Positions 54,865 to 61,841 of a stretch of DNA of 61,841 nt are shown one piece after another. A model generated the notes under the pieces. That model was not told the origin of the DNA. It saw nothing but the letters and a program-made list of their open reading frames with translations, and ran no database searches. The stretch is from Rhodospirillales bacterium (GTDB taxonomy: Bacteria > Pseudomonadota > Alphaproteobacteria > Rhodospirillales > 2-02-FULL-58-16): contig DASCPW010000054.1 of NCBI GenBank assembly GCA_036012725.1, forward strand, positions 1 to 61,841, read 5' to 3'. The translations under genes and the position numbers were made by a program. How positions within the stretch are numbered: position 1 is the first letter of the stretch; the number at the start of each line of letters is the position of its first letter.

Positions 54865-56933
54865 GACTTGATTTTTGTTTTTTCGCCCTCGCCCTCGGCG
54901 ATATGGGTTTCGTCCGAGGTGCCCTCAATCCTGTTGACCAAGGTGTCGAGCATTTCGCGCAGATGCTCGGACTGCTCGAGCAGTTCGGTGGTCACCTTCA
55001 TGGCTTCCGCGGAGGACGTTTCGGCGATTTCCATGGCGATACCCTTGACGCTGTCGATGGTTCCTCCCAGGTCCCTGACCGCCCAGGTGATCCGGCCCGC
55101 CGTCGAGCGGATAATGTCAAAACGCTGGCCAATGGCATCCTCGCCCAGTCCAGCTTGTTCGGAAGCGCTTATTTGATCCGAGTTCAGGACGACAAGATTG
55201 TCGGCCTCGCCTCCGCCCCGGCCGTCCGTGGCGCCGGGCTTGAAAACCAGCAGATTGGTTTGTTCATTGATGGTGGCGAGAAGTTTTTCGACCTCGCCTA
55301 CTCTCTCGGCGGCGGCGAAAAGGCCCCTGATCAGGGTGCCCGTCCGTTCCGCCTCGTAAGCGGCCGAGGAAACACTTTCGGAAGACATCGCCACTTGTTT
55401 GCTGATCAAGGAGATGGTGTCGGGAGGAGCTTCCTCGGCCGGCGGCGGCGAGCCGGTCCCGGCCAAGGGCGCCTCCACGGGTTCAAGATCTTCCTGGGTT
55501 TTGGCCAAGCCGCTTTTGGCCAACGCCTCGGCATGTTCCAGTTCGGCTTTTGTCGATTCCAGGTCCATCCTCAGCAACGCCGCCTCGATCACCGTCGCTT
55601 CGCCCTTTTCGACCTCGGCCCTGAGGGTTTCCACTTCCGATTTTAGCCGCGCCGCGTCGGCTTTCGCGCTCTGGCACATTTCGGCCTCGTCCTTGGCATC
55701 CGCCAGGTCGATGCGCATCCGCGCCAACTCGGTGACAGCGGCGCCGCCACTGACTGCCTCGGCCGTTTTTGTCGCCAGGTCCTTACGGAGCAATTCCATC
55801 CCCGCCAGCGCCGCTTTCAGGCTGGCCAGGGCACGGGCCAGTTCACCTACATCGTCGATATTGCCCAGCAAGGGAATGGCTACGTTTTCCTTGCCTTCCG
55901 CCAAGCCGATGGCGGCGCCAGCAACGGTGCGGACGGGGGCGGCAATGCTCCGCATTAACACAAAACCAGACAGGGTGAGCAGCAACAACAACGTGGCGGC
56001 GAATGTCGGCGTGCCAAAACGGACAAAACGACGCAATTCCTGTTCCGCCTCGGCGGCGGCGGCGGCCTTGTCACTAGCGAAGGCGGATAGCGTTTCCACG
56101 CTCGGCGCCAAATAAGCGTGAATTTCGTCCAGCCGGCGCAAGCTTTTTTTCCAATCTAGGCGGTTTTTGGCGATGGCGCCGGCGGCGTCCCGATAGGTTT
56201 TCAACAGAATAGCGATGCCGTCCTTTTTTTTATTGGACAACGAAGCCTTGGCAACCAGTCCACCGAGTTCGTCAAGGCCTTTATTGATGGGCGCAAGGCC
56301 GTTCACGGCGCGGCGCGAAAGAAAGTCTTTTTCGTGCCGGCGGATTGCCGCCATGGCGTCGGCCAAGCCGGTAATCCGGGATTTCACGAACTCGCCTTCC
56401 AACACCTTGGCGGTGGCCCTGAGCCGGCCCAATGGCTCCTCGGCGGCTGTTTTCTCGCCGGCTTTGCTGGTTTTTCCGGCTTCCAGCAGGTTTCCGAGTT
56501 TCTCCGAGTATTGGGCCAGGCCTTCATTGATGGTGGCGATGCTTTTTCTCACCGACCCGGTTCCGGGATGTTCATAAAGACCACTCAGCGAAGCGGCGAG
56601 AGAAACCACGGCGGCTCTATGGACGGCCATGGATTCGGGTGTCCTGGCGAGCAGGAGAGCTTTTTCGGCATCCCGCATTTCCCACAGCTTGGCCTTGACC
56701 GCGACCGTCATGGCGGCCATTTTTCCGCTTGCCGCCGAACGCTCTTGGGCGATGGAGTATCTTTTGTCGGCGAGCAACCCTCCGCCGACGGCGGCGGCGG
56801 CGGCAACAAAGCCGATGATAACGAAAACACCCATGCGGGCCGACAGCCCCATGGTGCCTAGGAAAGACCGGTCGCCGGATTCCTTGATCCCGGAATCCGA
56901 AAGCATCTGGTAAAAATCGTTTTCTTGCGCCAA
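54861..56933 (-). CDS. membrane-bound HAMP/coiled-coil protein with a degenerate methyl-accepting chemotaxis signalling domain
   Basis: A TTG start follows a GAGAGGGGGGG RBS. It has two TM segments flanking a ~270-aa periplasmic region, a HAMP-like segment and long Ala/Glu-rich coiled coils. INEQTNLL is retained, but the canonical ALNAAIEAARAGE.GRGFAVVA reads [22 protein letters not shown]. Confidence 0.7.
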   Translation of the reverse strand: MAQENDFYQMLSDSGIKESGDRSFLGTMGLSARMGVFVIIGFVAAAAAVGGGLLADKRYSIAQERSAASGKMAAMTVAVKAKLWEMRDAEKALLLARTPESMAVHRAAVVSLAASLSGLYEHPGTGSVRKSIATINEGLAQYSEKLGNLLEAGKTSKAGEKTAAEEPLGRLRATAKVLEGEFVKSRITGLADAMAAIRRHEKDFLSRRAVNGLAPINKGLDELGGLVAKASLSNKKKDGIAILLKTYRDAAGAIAKNRLDWKKSLRRLDEIHAYLAPSVETLSAFASDKAAAAAEAEQELRRFVRFGTPTFAATLLLLLTLSGFVLMRSIAAPVRTVAGAAIGLAEGKENVAIPLLGNIDDVGELARALASLKAALAGMELLRKDLATKTAEAVSGGAAVTELARMRIDLADAKDEAEMCQSAKADAARLKSEVETLRAEVEKGEATVIEAALLRMDLESTKAELEHAEALAKSGLAKTQEDLEPVEAPLAGTGSPPPAEEAPPDTISLISKQVAMSSESVSSAAYEAERTGTLIRGLFAAAERVGEVEKLLATINEQTNLLVFKPGATDGRGGGEADNLVVLNSDQISASEQAGLGEDAIGQRFDIIRSTAGRITWAVRDLGGTIDSVKGIAMEIAETSSAEAMKVTTELLEQSEHLREMLDTLVNRIEGTSDETHIAEGEGEKTKIKS

Positions 56934-57004
56934 GGAAACCCCCCTCTCTACGGGGACTGCGTTTTAACGCCCCAACGGACATTATACGAGGAAAATCCGT
57001 GGTT

Positions 57005-57013
57005 TGTGGATAA
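57005..57013. promoter_or_regulatory. perfect DnaA-box 9-mer TGTGGATAA upstream of the MCP-like gene
   Basis: This is an exact match, and the third perfect copy in the window. All three copies are intergenic. Confidence 0.3.
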
Positions 57014-57178
57014 AGTTCATGGCCATGGCCAAATTCAGGGCCTGTCGCCAACGGGGCCGCATGAAAGTGGCCGTCGGCGAACAAACCGCCAGGTTTTGCC
57101 GACGGCAAAGGAGTGCCCGGCGGGGCAAGGCGGCGGCGTTTGAGAATCTGTTAACCTTTTTCCCTTAAGTTTCGGGAT

Positions 57179-57403
57179 ATGAGCGAGACCACGAACATAC
57201 CCAGCCTGGTGCCGCCCCTTTTGGGCGTCCGGGCGCGGGGCTACCGGCAATCCCGCGAAGTCGAGACACGCGCGGCGGTGACCGAACATCGCGATTCACC
57301 CCAGATGCGGAGGGCCTTGGCCAAGCTCGATAGAGTCCTGGAACCGGACCAGCCGTTGAAAAGCCAAGTGCCACGAGGGTTCTATCTCAATATTGTAGTC
57401 TGA
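57179..57403 (+). CDS. hypothetical small protein
   Basis: It is a 74-aa ORF in an otherwise gene-free 700-bp gap. The RBS is weak and I recognise no family. Confidence 0.3.
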   Translation: MSETTNIPSLVPPLLGVRARGYRQSREVETRAAVTEHRDSPQMRRALAKLDRVLEPDQPLKSQVPRGFYLNIVV

Positions 57404-57643
57404 TCCGTTGATCTTCCGCTTTTTTAAGATTTTGCCGCCGCTGGTCCTATCCCAACGGTTGCCGGAAACCGCTTGTTTTCCCGTGGTTCAAGCCATGTCG
57501 AGGAAGCGGAAGGGGGATGGACTCCGGCAAGTCTCAGGATGTTGAGACATCGGACGCAAGGAGATAAGCCGTCATTTCCGAAAATGCCGAGAGGCGTTTG
57601 GCGTTTCGTTGCCTCGAACCCAGAGGTTTTCAAAAAATCCGTA

Positions 57644-60600
57644 TCAGACGGCTTTTTTCTTTCCTTTCAATTGCCCCATGCAACGGGCGATCCACTGGCG
57701 GGTCAGCTTTTCATGGACGGCGTTCTGGCACAGGCGCTGGCGCAAGGCCGGAAAAACCACATGGTCGAGGAGCTGGTCTTGATCGAAACAGGAAAAGACC
57801 ACGGACTCCTCGCCTGTATCCGGGTCCTTGTGGGGCTGCAGGCATTGGGCGCAGATTTGCTTCATCATACATTGCATCGGCGAGTTGATGGAGCCGATGG
57901 CGATGTGGTCGGGCTTGAGGTAATCCTTTAGCACCTTATGGCGCGCCGCGCTGACTGCCGCCATCATCATGTCCGAGCCGATGGCGATAAGGCGATCGAC
58001 TTCGCCGATCGGGATCGGCTGTTCGCCCAACTCGCCTTTGCCATAGGCGGCCATGGCCTCGACGACGTTGCCCACAAAGGCCCTGTCCTGGGGGCGGTCC
58101 GGCTCGAAGCTCGGCTCCTCGTCGCAGCACCAGACGATGGCGTCGGCGGCGGCCATGATGTCCTCGATATGGTAACGGTCGGCGACCTTTTTGTAGGCGC
58201 CGAAGTAAAGGACCCTGGAGCCCGCCTCGCGAAAGGCCTGGCCGATGGAGAACAGAACGGCGTTGCCGAGGCCGCCGCCGGCCAGCAGAACCGTCTCGCC
58301 GGCGGGGGTCTCGGTGGGAGCGCCCGTCGGTCCCATCAAGACCACCGGCTCGCCCGGCTCGAGAAAGGCGCAGAGGCTCGACGATCCGCCCATCTCGAGC
58401 ACGATCATGGCGACCAGCCCCTTGTCCCGGTCGACCCAGGCGCCGGTAAGGGCTACGCCCTCCATGGCCAGCGAGGTGCCATCAAGCTGCTTGGCGTGGG
58501 TTTCGTAATTCTGCAGGCGGAAAAACTGGCCGGGGCGAAAGGCGCGGGCGGCGAAAGGGGCGCGCACCACCACCTCGAGGATATTCGGGGTCAGGCGGAT
58601 GATCTCATGGACCCGGGGGCGCAGTCCGTCGTTAACAGTGGCGATCAATTCATCGGCGGAGACCGGCGATGGTTTTATTTTGGCCAGCATCCGGTTGATC
58701 ACCGGATAGCCCTGCTTGGCGCTGGCCATGGCCTTGACCACGTTGCCGGCAAAAGACGGATGCAGATCGCCGAAAAAGCTTACGCCGCGTCCGTCGTCGC
58801 GAACCTTCATAATCACTTGCACTTGCTCCGGTTTGACGACACTTTCCGGCGTCACCGGATTGCCGTCCTCGCCCACGGCTTGGTAGTACTTGCCATCCAT
58901 GGCGGCGAAACTAGGGTGTTCGCGGGCCAGCACCGTGTTGGGGACGGTGCCGGCGGCGATGAGTACGGCGCGTGCCGCCAGCGTCACCTCCGGCTCGCCC
59001 GTTGGCACCGGCCAGCCGTCTTCGCCGATCTTCTGGCGGGCCAGGCGCAACGCCTCAACATGGCCGTATTCATCGATCTCGACGGCGGCGGGGGCGAGCA
59101 ATTCGGCGAACCGCATGCCCTGCTCCAGGGCCTTGGTGATTTCATCGTGGTTCAAGGTGTAACTGGGGGCATCGATCATGCGGCGGCGGTAGGCGATGGT
59201 CGCGCCGCCCCATTGGTCGAGCAGACTATTAAAGCGGGGCTCGCGTTCTTCCTTCGCCGCTGTCTTACGTTCGCCGCGGATGGCGCCAGCATGGGACAGG
59301 AATTCGTCGGCTATGCCTTTTTCCTCATCGGTCCAACTGGCGCGCACGTTTTCCTCGCCTAGCTCGGCGGTCAGGGATTCATACCGGACGAGGAATTTTT
59401 CCACTTGCCGCACGTAATAGGCCAGTGCCTCGGTGGCCGTATCGATGGCGGTGAGCCCGCCGCCGATGACTACCACCGGCAAGCGGATTTGCAGGTTGGC
59501 GATCGAGCTCATCTTGGCTGCCCCGGTGAGCTGCAACGCCATCAGGAAATCAGAGGCCTGACGCACGCCGCGGGCCAGGCCGTTGGGAACGGACAGATAG
59601 GTCGGCTTCCCGGCGCCGAGGCAAAGGGCGACGTGGTCGAAACCCAGATCGAAGGCCAAATCGTCGAGAAGGGCGCTGCCGAAACGCACCCCTCCCAACA
59701 TGGTGAACCGTTGACGGCGCTCCAAAAGCAGCCGAATGATCTTTAGAAAGTTTTTATCCCAACGGACGGTGATGCCGTATTCGGCGACGCCTCCGAAGCC
59801 GGCCATGACACGGTCATCTAGGGATTCAGAAAGTGAGGCGATATCGCGGATGGGCTGGAACTCCACCCGTTCGCCGTTTTCCGTGACGCCCGATAGGGCC
59901 GGCGGTAAAGGTTCTACCTTGAGACCGTCGACGGCGACGACGGCATGGCCCTCGTTGACCAAATGATGAGACAAGTTAAACCCGGCTGGTCCCAGCCCGA
60001 CGATGAGAACCTTGTATCCGCTTACCGCCCGCGGCAAGGGACGCCTGATGTTCAAGGGATTCCAGCGGGTCAACAAGCTGTAAATCTCAACCCCCCATGG
60101 CAGGGCCAATACGTCCTTCAGAATCCGCGTTTCAGCCTGGGGAATATCCACCGGGTCCTGTTTTTGATAGATGCAGGCCAACATGCAATCATTGCAGATG
60201 CGATGGCCGGTGGCGGCGAGCAAAGGGTTGTCTACCGCGTCCAGGGCGAGGGCGGAGATGGCAAAACCGTCCATCTTCGCCTGGTGCATTTCGGAGATTT
60301 TCATATCCAGCGGGCAGCCGGCGAGGACCACTCCCAATGGATTTTTGCTGAATGTTCCGGTTTTCTTGTCGATGATCCCCTTGGCGCAGGTATCCTTGCC
60401 CCGGTTGTGACAGATGACGCAGTAATTGACCTCGTCCAAGGCGCCAACAAGATCGCTGCCGTGGTCGGTCAGGGCGAAGCCGTCGCGGTAATAATGACAG
60501 CCCTCGGGCGTTTGCATTTTGGCGATGCCGTTTTCTTCCACCGTTTCGGTCTCGACCAGGGTCTGGAAATCGGTTTTTCCCGGCTGGGAAAACAGCACAT

Positions 60601-61147
60601 CGTCATGGTGGCGTTTTTGCCCGGCCGCCGTTTGTGTCGCCCAGGCGGCGTATCTGGCCGCCAGGTCAATGGCCTCGGCATGGGCCTCGGCGTCGTCAAG
60701 CCAGGCCATGACATGATCGGCAAATTGAAGCTGCGTGAAATCACCGCCCATGAGGCCGGCCAATTCGGCGGCCAGCGCCTTGCCGTCAAAACTTTCCACC
60801 TGCTCCGCCTTATAGGTTTTGACGGCGCGGCGCTGCACGAACAGGCGCTTGCAGGCATAAAGATTGGCCAGTTCGCCGTGGCGGCCGACCAGTTGGCGAA
60901 GCTCGCCGCCGATGCCGAACAAGGAACCGAGGAAATCATCGAGATCGGGCGCCAGCGCCAAGAGCAGGTCGGATTCATCCTTGCCCGTAAGCTCGTCCGG
61001 CGCCTTGCGGGCAGCCATCAGCCGTTCTTTCAGGTCGCCGCCGGATTCGTCCAAATGGCCGATAAACAGTTCATCAATCCGGGCCAGGCCGCTATTGTCA
61101 TAAAGATCCGCGAAGCCCAGTCCGTGGGCGAGTTTGAGATTAGTCAC
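57644..61147 (-). CDS. large multidomain FAD/NAD(P)-dependent oxidoreductase (GltD-like domain plus PyrK/FNR-like domain with C-terminal 2Fe-2S Cys cluster)
   Basis: It is 1167 aa. It has Cys clusters (CVICHNRGKDTC, GCPLD, ICNDCMLAC), a dinucleotide fold KVLIVGLGPAGFNLSHHL, a second Rossmann fold (VVVIGGGLTAIDTA), an FNR-like part (FRPGQFFRLQ, LLAGGGLGNAVLFS) and a C-terminal CMMKQICAQC...C. Confidence 0.85.
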   Translation of the reverse strand: MTNLKLAHGLGFADLYDNSGLARIDELFIGHLDESGGDLKERLMAARKAPDELTGKDESDLLLALAPDLDDFLGSLFGIGGELRQLVGRHGELANLYACKRLFVQRRAVKTYKAEQVESFDGKALAAELAGLMGGDFTQLQFADHVMAWLDDAEAHAEAIDLAARYAAWATQTAAGQKRHHDDVLFSQPGKTDFQTLVETETVEENGIAKMQTPEGCHYYRDGFALTDHGSDLVGALDEVNYCVICHNRGKDTCAKGIIDKKTGTFSKNPLGVVLAGCPLDMKISEMHQAKMDGFAISALALDAVDNPLLAATGHRICNDCMLACIYQKQDPVDIPQAETRILKDVLALPWGVEIYSLLTRWNPLNIRRPLPRAVSGYKVLIVGLGPAGFNLSHHLVNEGHAVVAVDGLKVEPLPPALSGVTENGERVEFQPIRDIASLSESLDDRVMAGFGGVAEYGITVRWDKNFLKIIRLLLERRQRFTMLGGVRFGSALLDDLAFDLGFDHVALCLGAGKPTYLSVPNGLARGVRQASDFLMALQLTGAAKMSSIANLQIRLPVVVIGGGLTAIDTATEALAYYVRQVEKFLVRYESLTAELGEENVRASWTDEEKGIADEFLSHAGAIRGERKTAAKEEREPRFNSLLDQWGGATIAYRRRMIDAPSYTLNHDEITKALEQGMRFAELLAPAAVEIDEYGHVEALRLARQKIGEDGWPVPTGEPEVTLAARAVLIAAGTVPNTVLAREHPSFAAMDGKYYQAVGEDGNPVTPESVVKPEQVQVIMKVRDDGRGVSFFGDLHPSFAGNVVKAMASAKQGYPVINRMLAKIKPSPVSADELIATVNDGLRPRVHEIIRLTPNILEVVVRAPFAARAFRPGQFFRLQNYETHAKQLDGTSLAMEGVALTGAWVDRDKGLVAMIVLEMGGSSSLCAFLEPGEPVVLMGPTGAPTETPAGETVLLAGGGLGNAVLFSIGQAFREAGSRVLYFGAYKKVADRYHIEDIMAAADAIVWCCDEEPSFEPDRPQDRAFVGNVVEAMAAYGKGELGEQPIPIGEVDRLIAIGSDMMMAAVSAARHKVLKDYLKPDHIAIGSINSPMQCMMKQICAQCLQPHKDPDTGEESVVFSCFDQDQLLDHVVFPALRQRLCQNAVHEKLTRQWIARCMGQLKGKKKAV

Positions 61148-61308
61148 TGGTCTCGCTATGTTGATGTCAGTGAAGGGGGTGAGAAGTGCCGTGAATTTAA
61201 TAATTCTTTTTATATATGACGGCGTGACCTTTGCAAACTTAACTATTGATGAATTTGGGGTTTGCCGGAAGGTTTTGGTTGCCGGCCGGCGGTAAAGGGA
61301 GTTCCGAA

Positions 61309-61746
61309 ATGTCGGATGACGTGTCAGGGGGCGCTTATGCCGGCGATGTGACGGCGCGCCAAGCCTGGGATATGCTTGAAGGGGACCCCTCGGCGGTGCT
61401 CATCGACGTGCGCACCGAAGGGGAATGGGCTTATGTGGGAATCGCCGATTTGAGCAGCTTGGAAAAACAGCCCCTGTTCGTTGAATGGCAGCATTTTCCG
61501 TCCATGGGGGTCAACCCGGATTTTTGCCAACAACTAGCCGCCCACGGGGTCGGAAAAGATGTGCTTTTGTTGTTCATTTGCCGCTCGGGAGTACGCTCAA
61601 AAGCGGCTGCCATCGCGATGACCGCCCTTGGCTTCGCGAAATGTTACAATGTCAGCCACGGTTTCGAGGGTGATCCGGATACAAGCAAGCATCGGAGCAT
61701 GATTAACGGCTGGAAAACCGACGGCCTGCCCTGGGTGCAGGGATAA
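61309..61746 (+). CDS. rhodanese-like domain protein (sulfurtransferase)
   Basis: It contains LIDVRTEGEW and the active-site loop FICRSGVRS. A GGGAG RBS precedes the ATG at 61309. Confidence 0.8.
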   Translation: MSDDVSGGAYAGDVTARQAWDMLEGDPSAVLIDVRTEGEWAYVGIADLSSLEKQPLFVEWQHFPSMGVNPDFCQQLAAHGVGKDVLLLFICRSGVRSKAAAIAMTALGFAKCYNVSHGFEGDPDTSKHRSMINGWKTDGLPWVQG

Positions 61747-61841
61747 GAGCCCGTCCGCTCCCGGAGATAAGAAAAGGTAAGGCGCGCTTCCAGCGAGGGC
61801 GGAAAAACAAAAATATTGTATCAATTTCACAAACGGTTCAG

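Noticed and set aside
57473-57500. The tRNA-like T-loop string GGTTCAAGCC.
   Set aside because: There is no acceptor stem, D-arm or anticodon arm around it on either strand. No tRNA or rRNA genes were found anywhere in the window.

Overview
This window is a GC-rich chromosomal segment that looks alphaproteobacterial, probably Rhodospirillales-like. That call rests on gene content and synteny: sdhCDAB, the rpsU/COQ9-like divergent pair, metXW and a ccm cluster. I call about 60 protein genes, nearly all housekeeping. They include sdhCDAB; a complete queuosine locus (queA-tgt-queF / queD-queE-queC / queG); purE, def and rpsU; a sulfite reductase-CysH fusion; phaR, a GST, gloB and metXW; chorismate mutase-hisC-tyrC; uvrC, pgsA and acnA; a contiguous ccmABCDEFGHI cluster; pgk; an MCP-like protein; and a 1167-aa multidomain oxidoreductase. 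I found no rRNA, tRNA, CRISPR array, transposase, integrase or recognisable defence genes. There is no clear-cut novel multi-gene system.

The most unusual items are:
- An orphan NHLP-type RiPP precursor with a Cys-rich core (6653-7015), inside a small accessory-looking stretch (3085-7640). That stretch also holds a 1.1-kb gene-free leader, a stranded DUF1638/'virulence factor' pair and a decayed ALDH gene.
- A ~100-nt intergenic element present twice (5124-5245 and 48341-48442), with a compensatory base-pair change in a hairpin.
- An orphan intrinsic terminator and stem-loops in front of ccmA, which could be an sRNA or a leader attenuator.
- A 198-bp MITE-like palindromic element in the metX leader.
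- Phased repeat arrays at 3228-3288 (DnaA-box-like) and 31417-31452 (TGAAT x4, with ATGA-coupled mini-ORFs).
- A noticeable load of decayed genes: crp/fnr, FGE-like, SNase-like, ALDH, a TlpA remnant and an OGT remnant.

All calls come from reading the sequence and from remembered family signatures. No searches were run.
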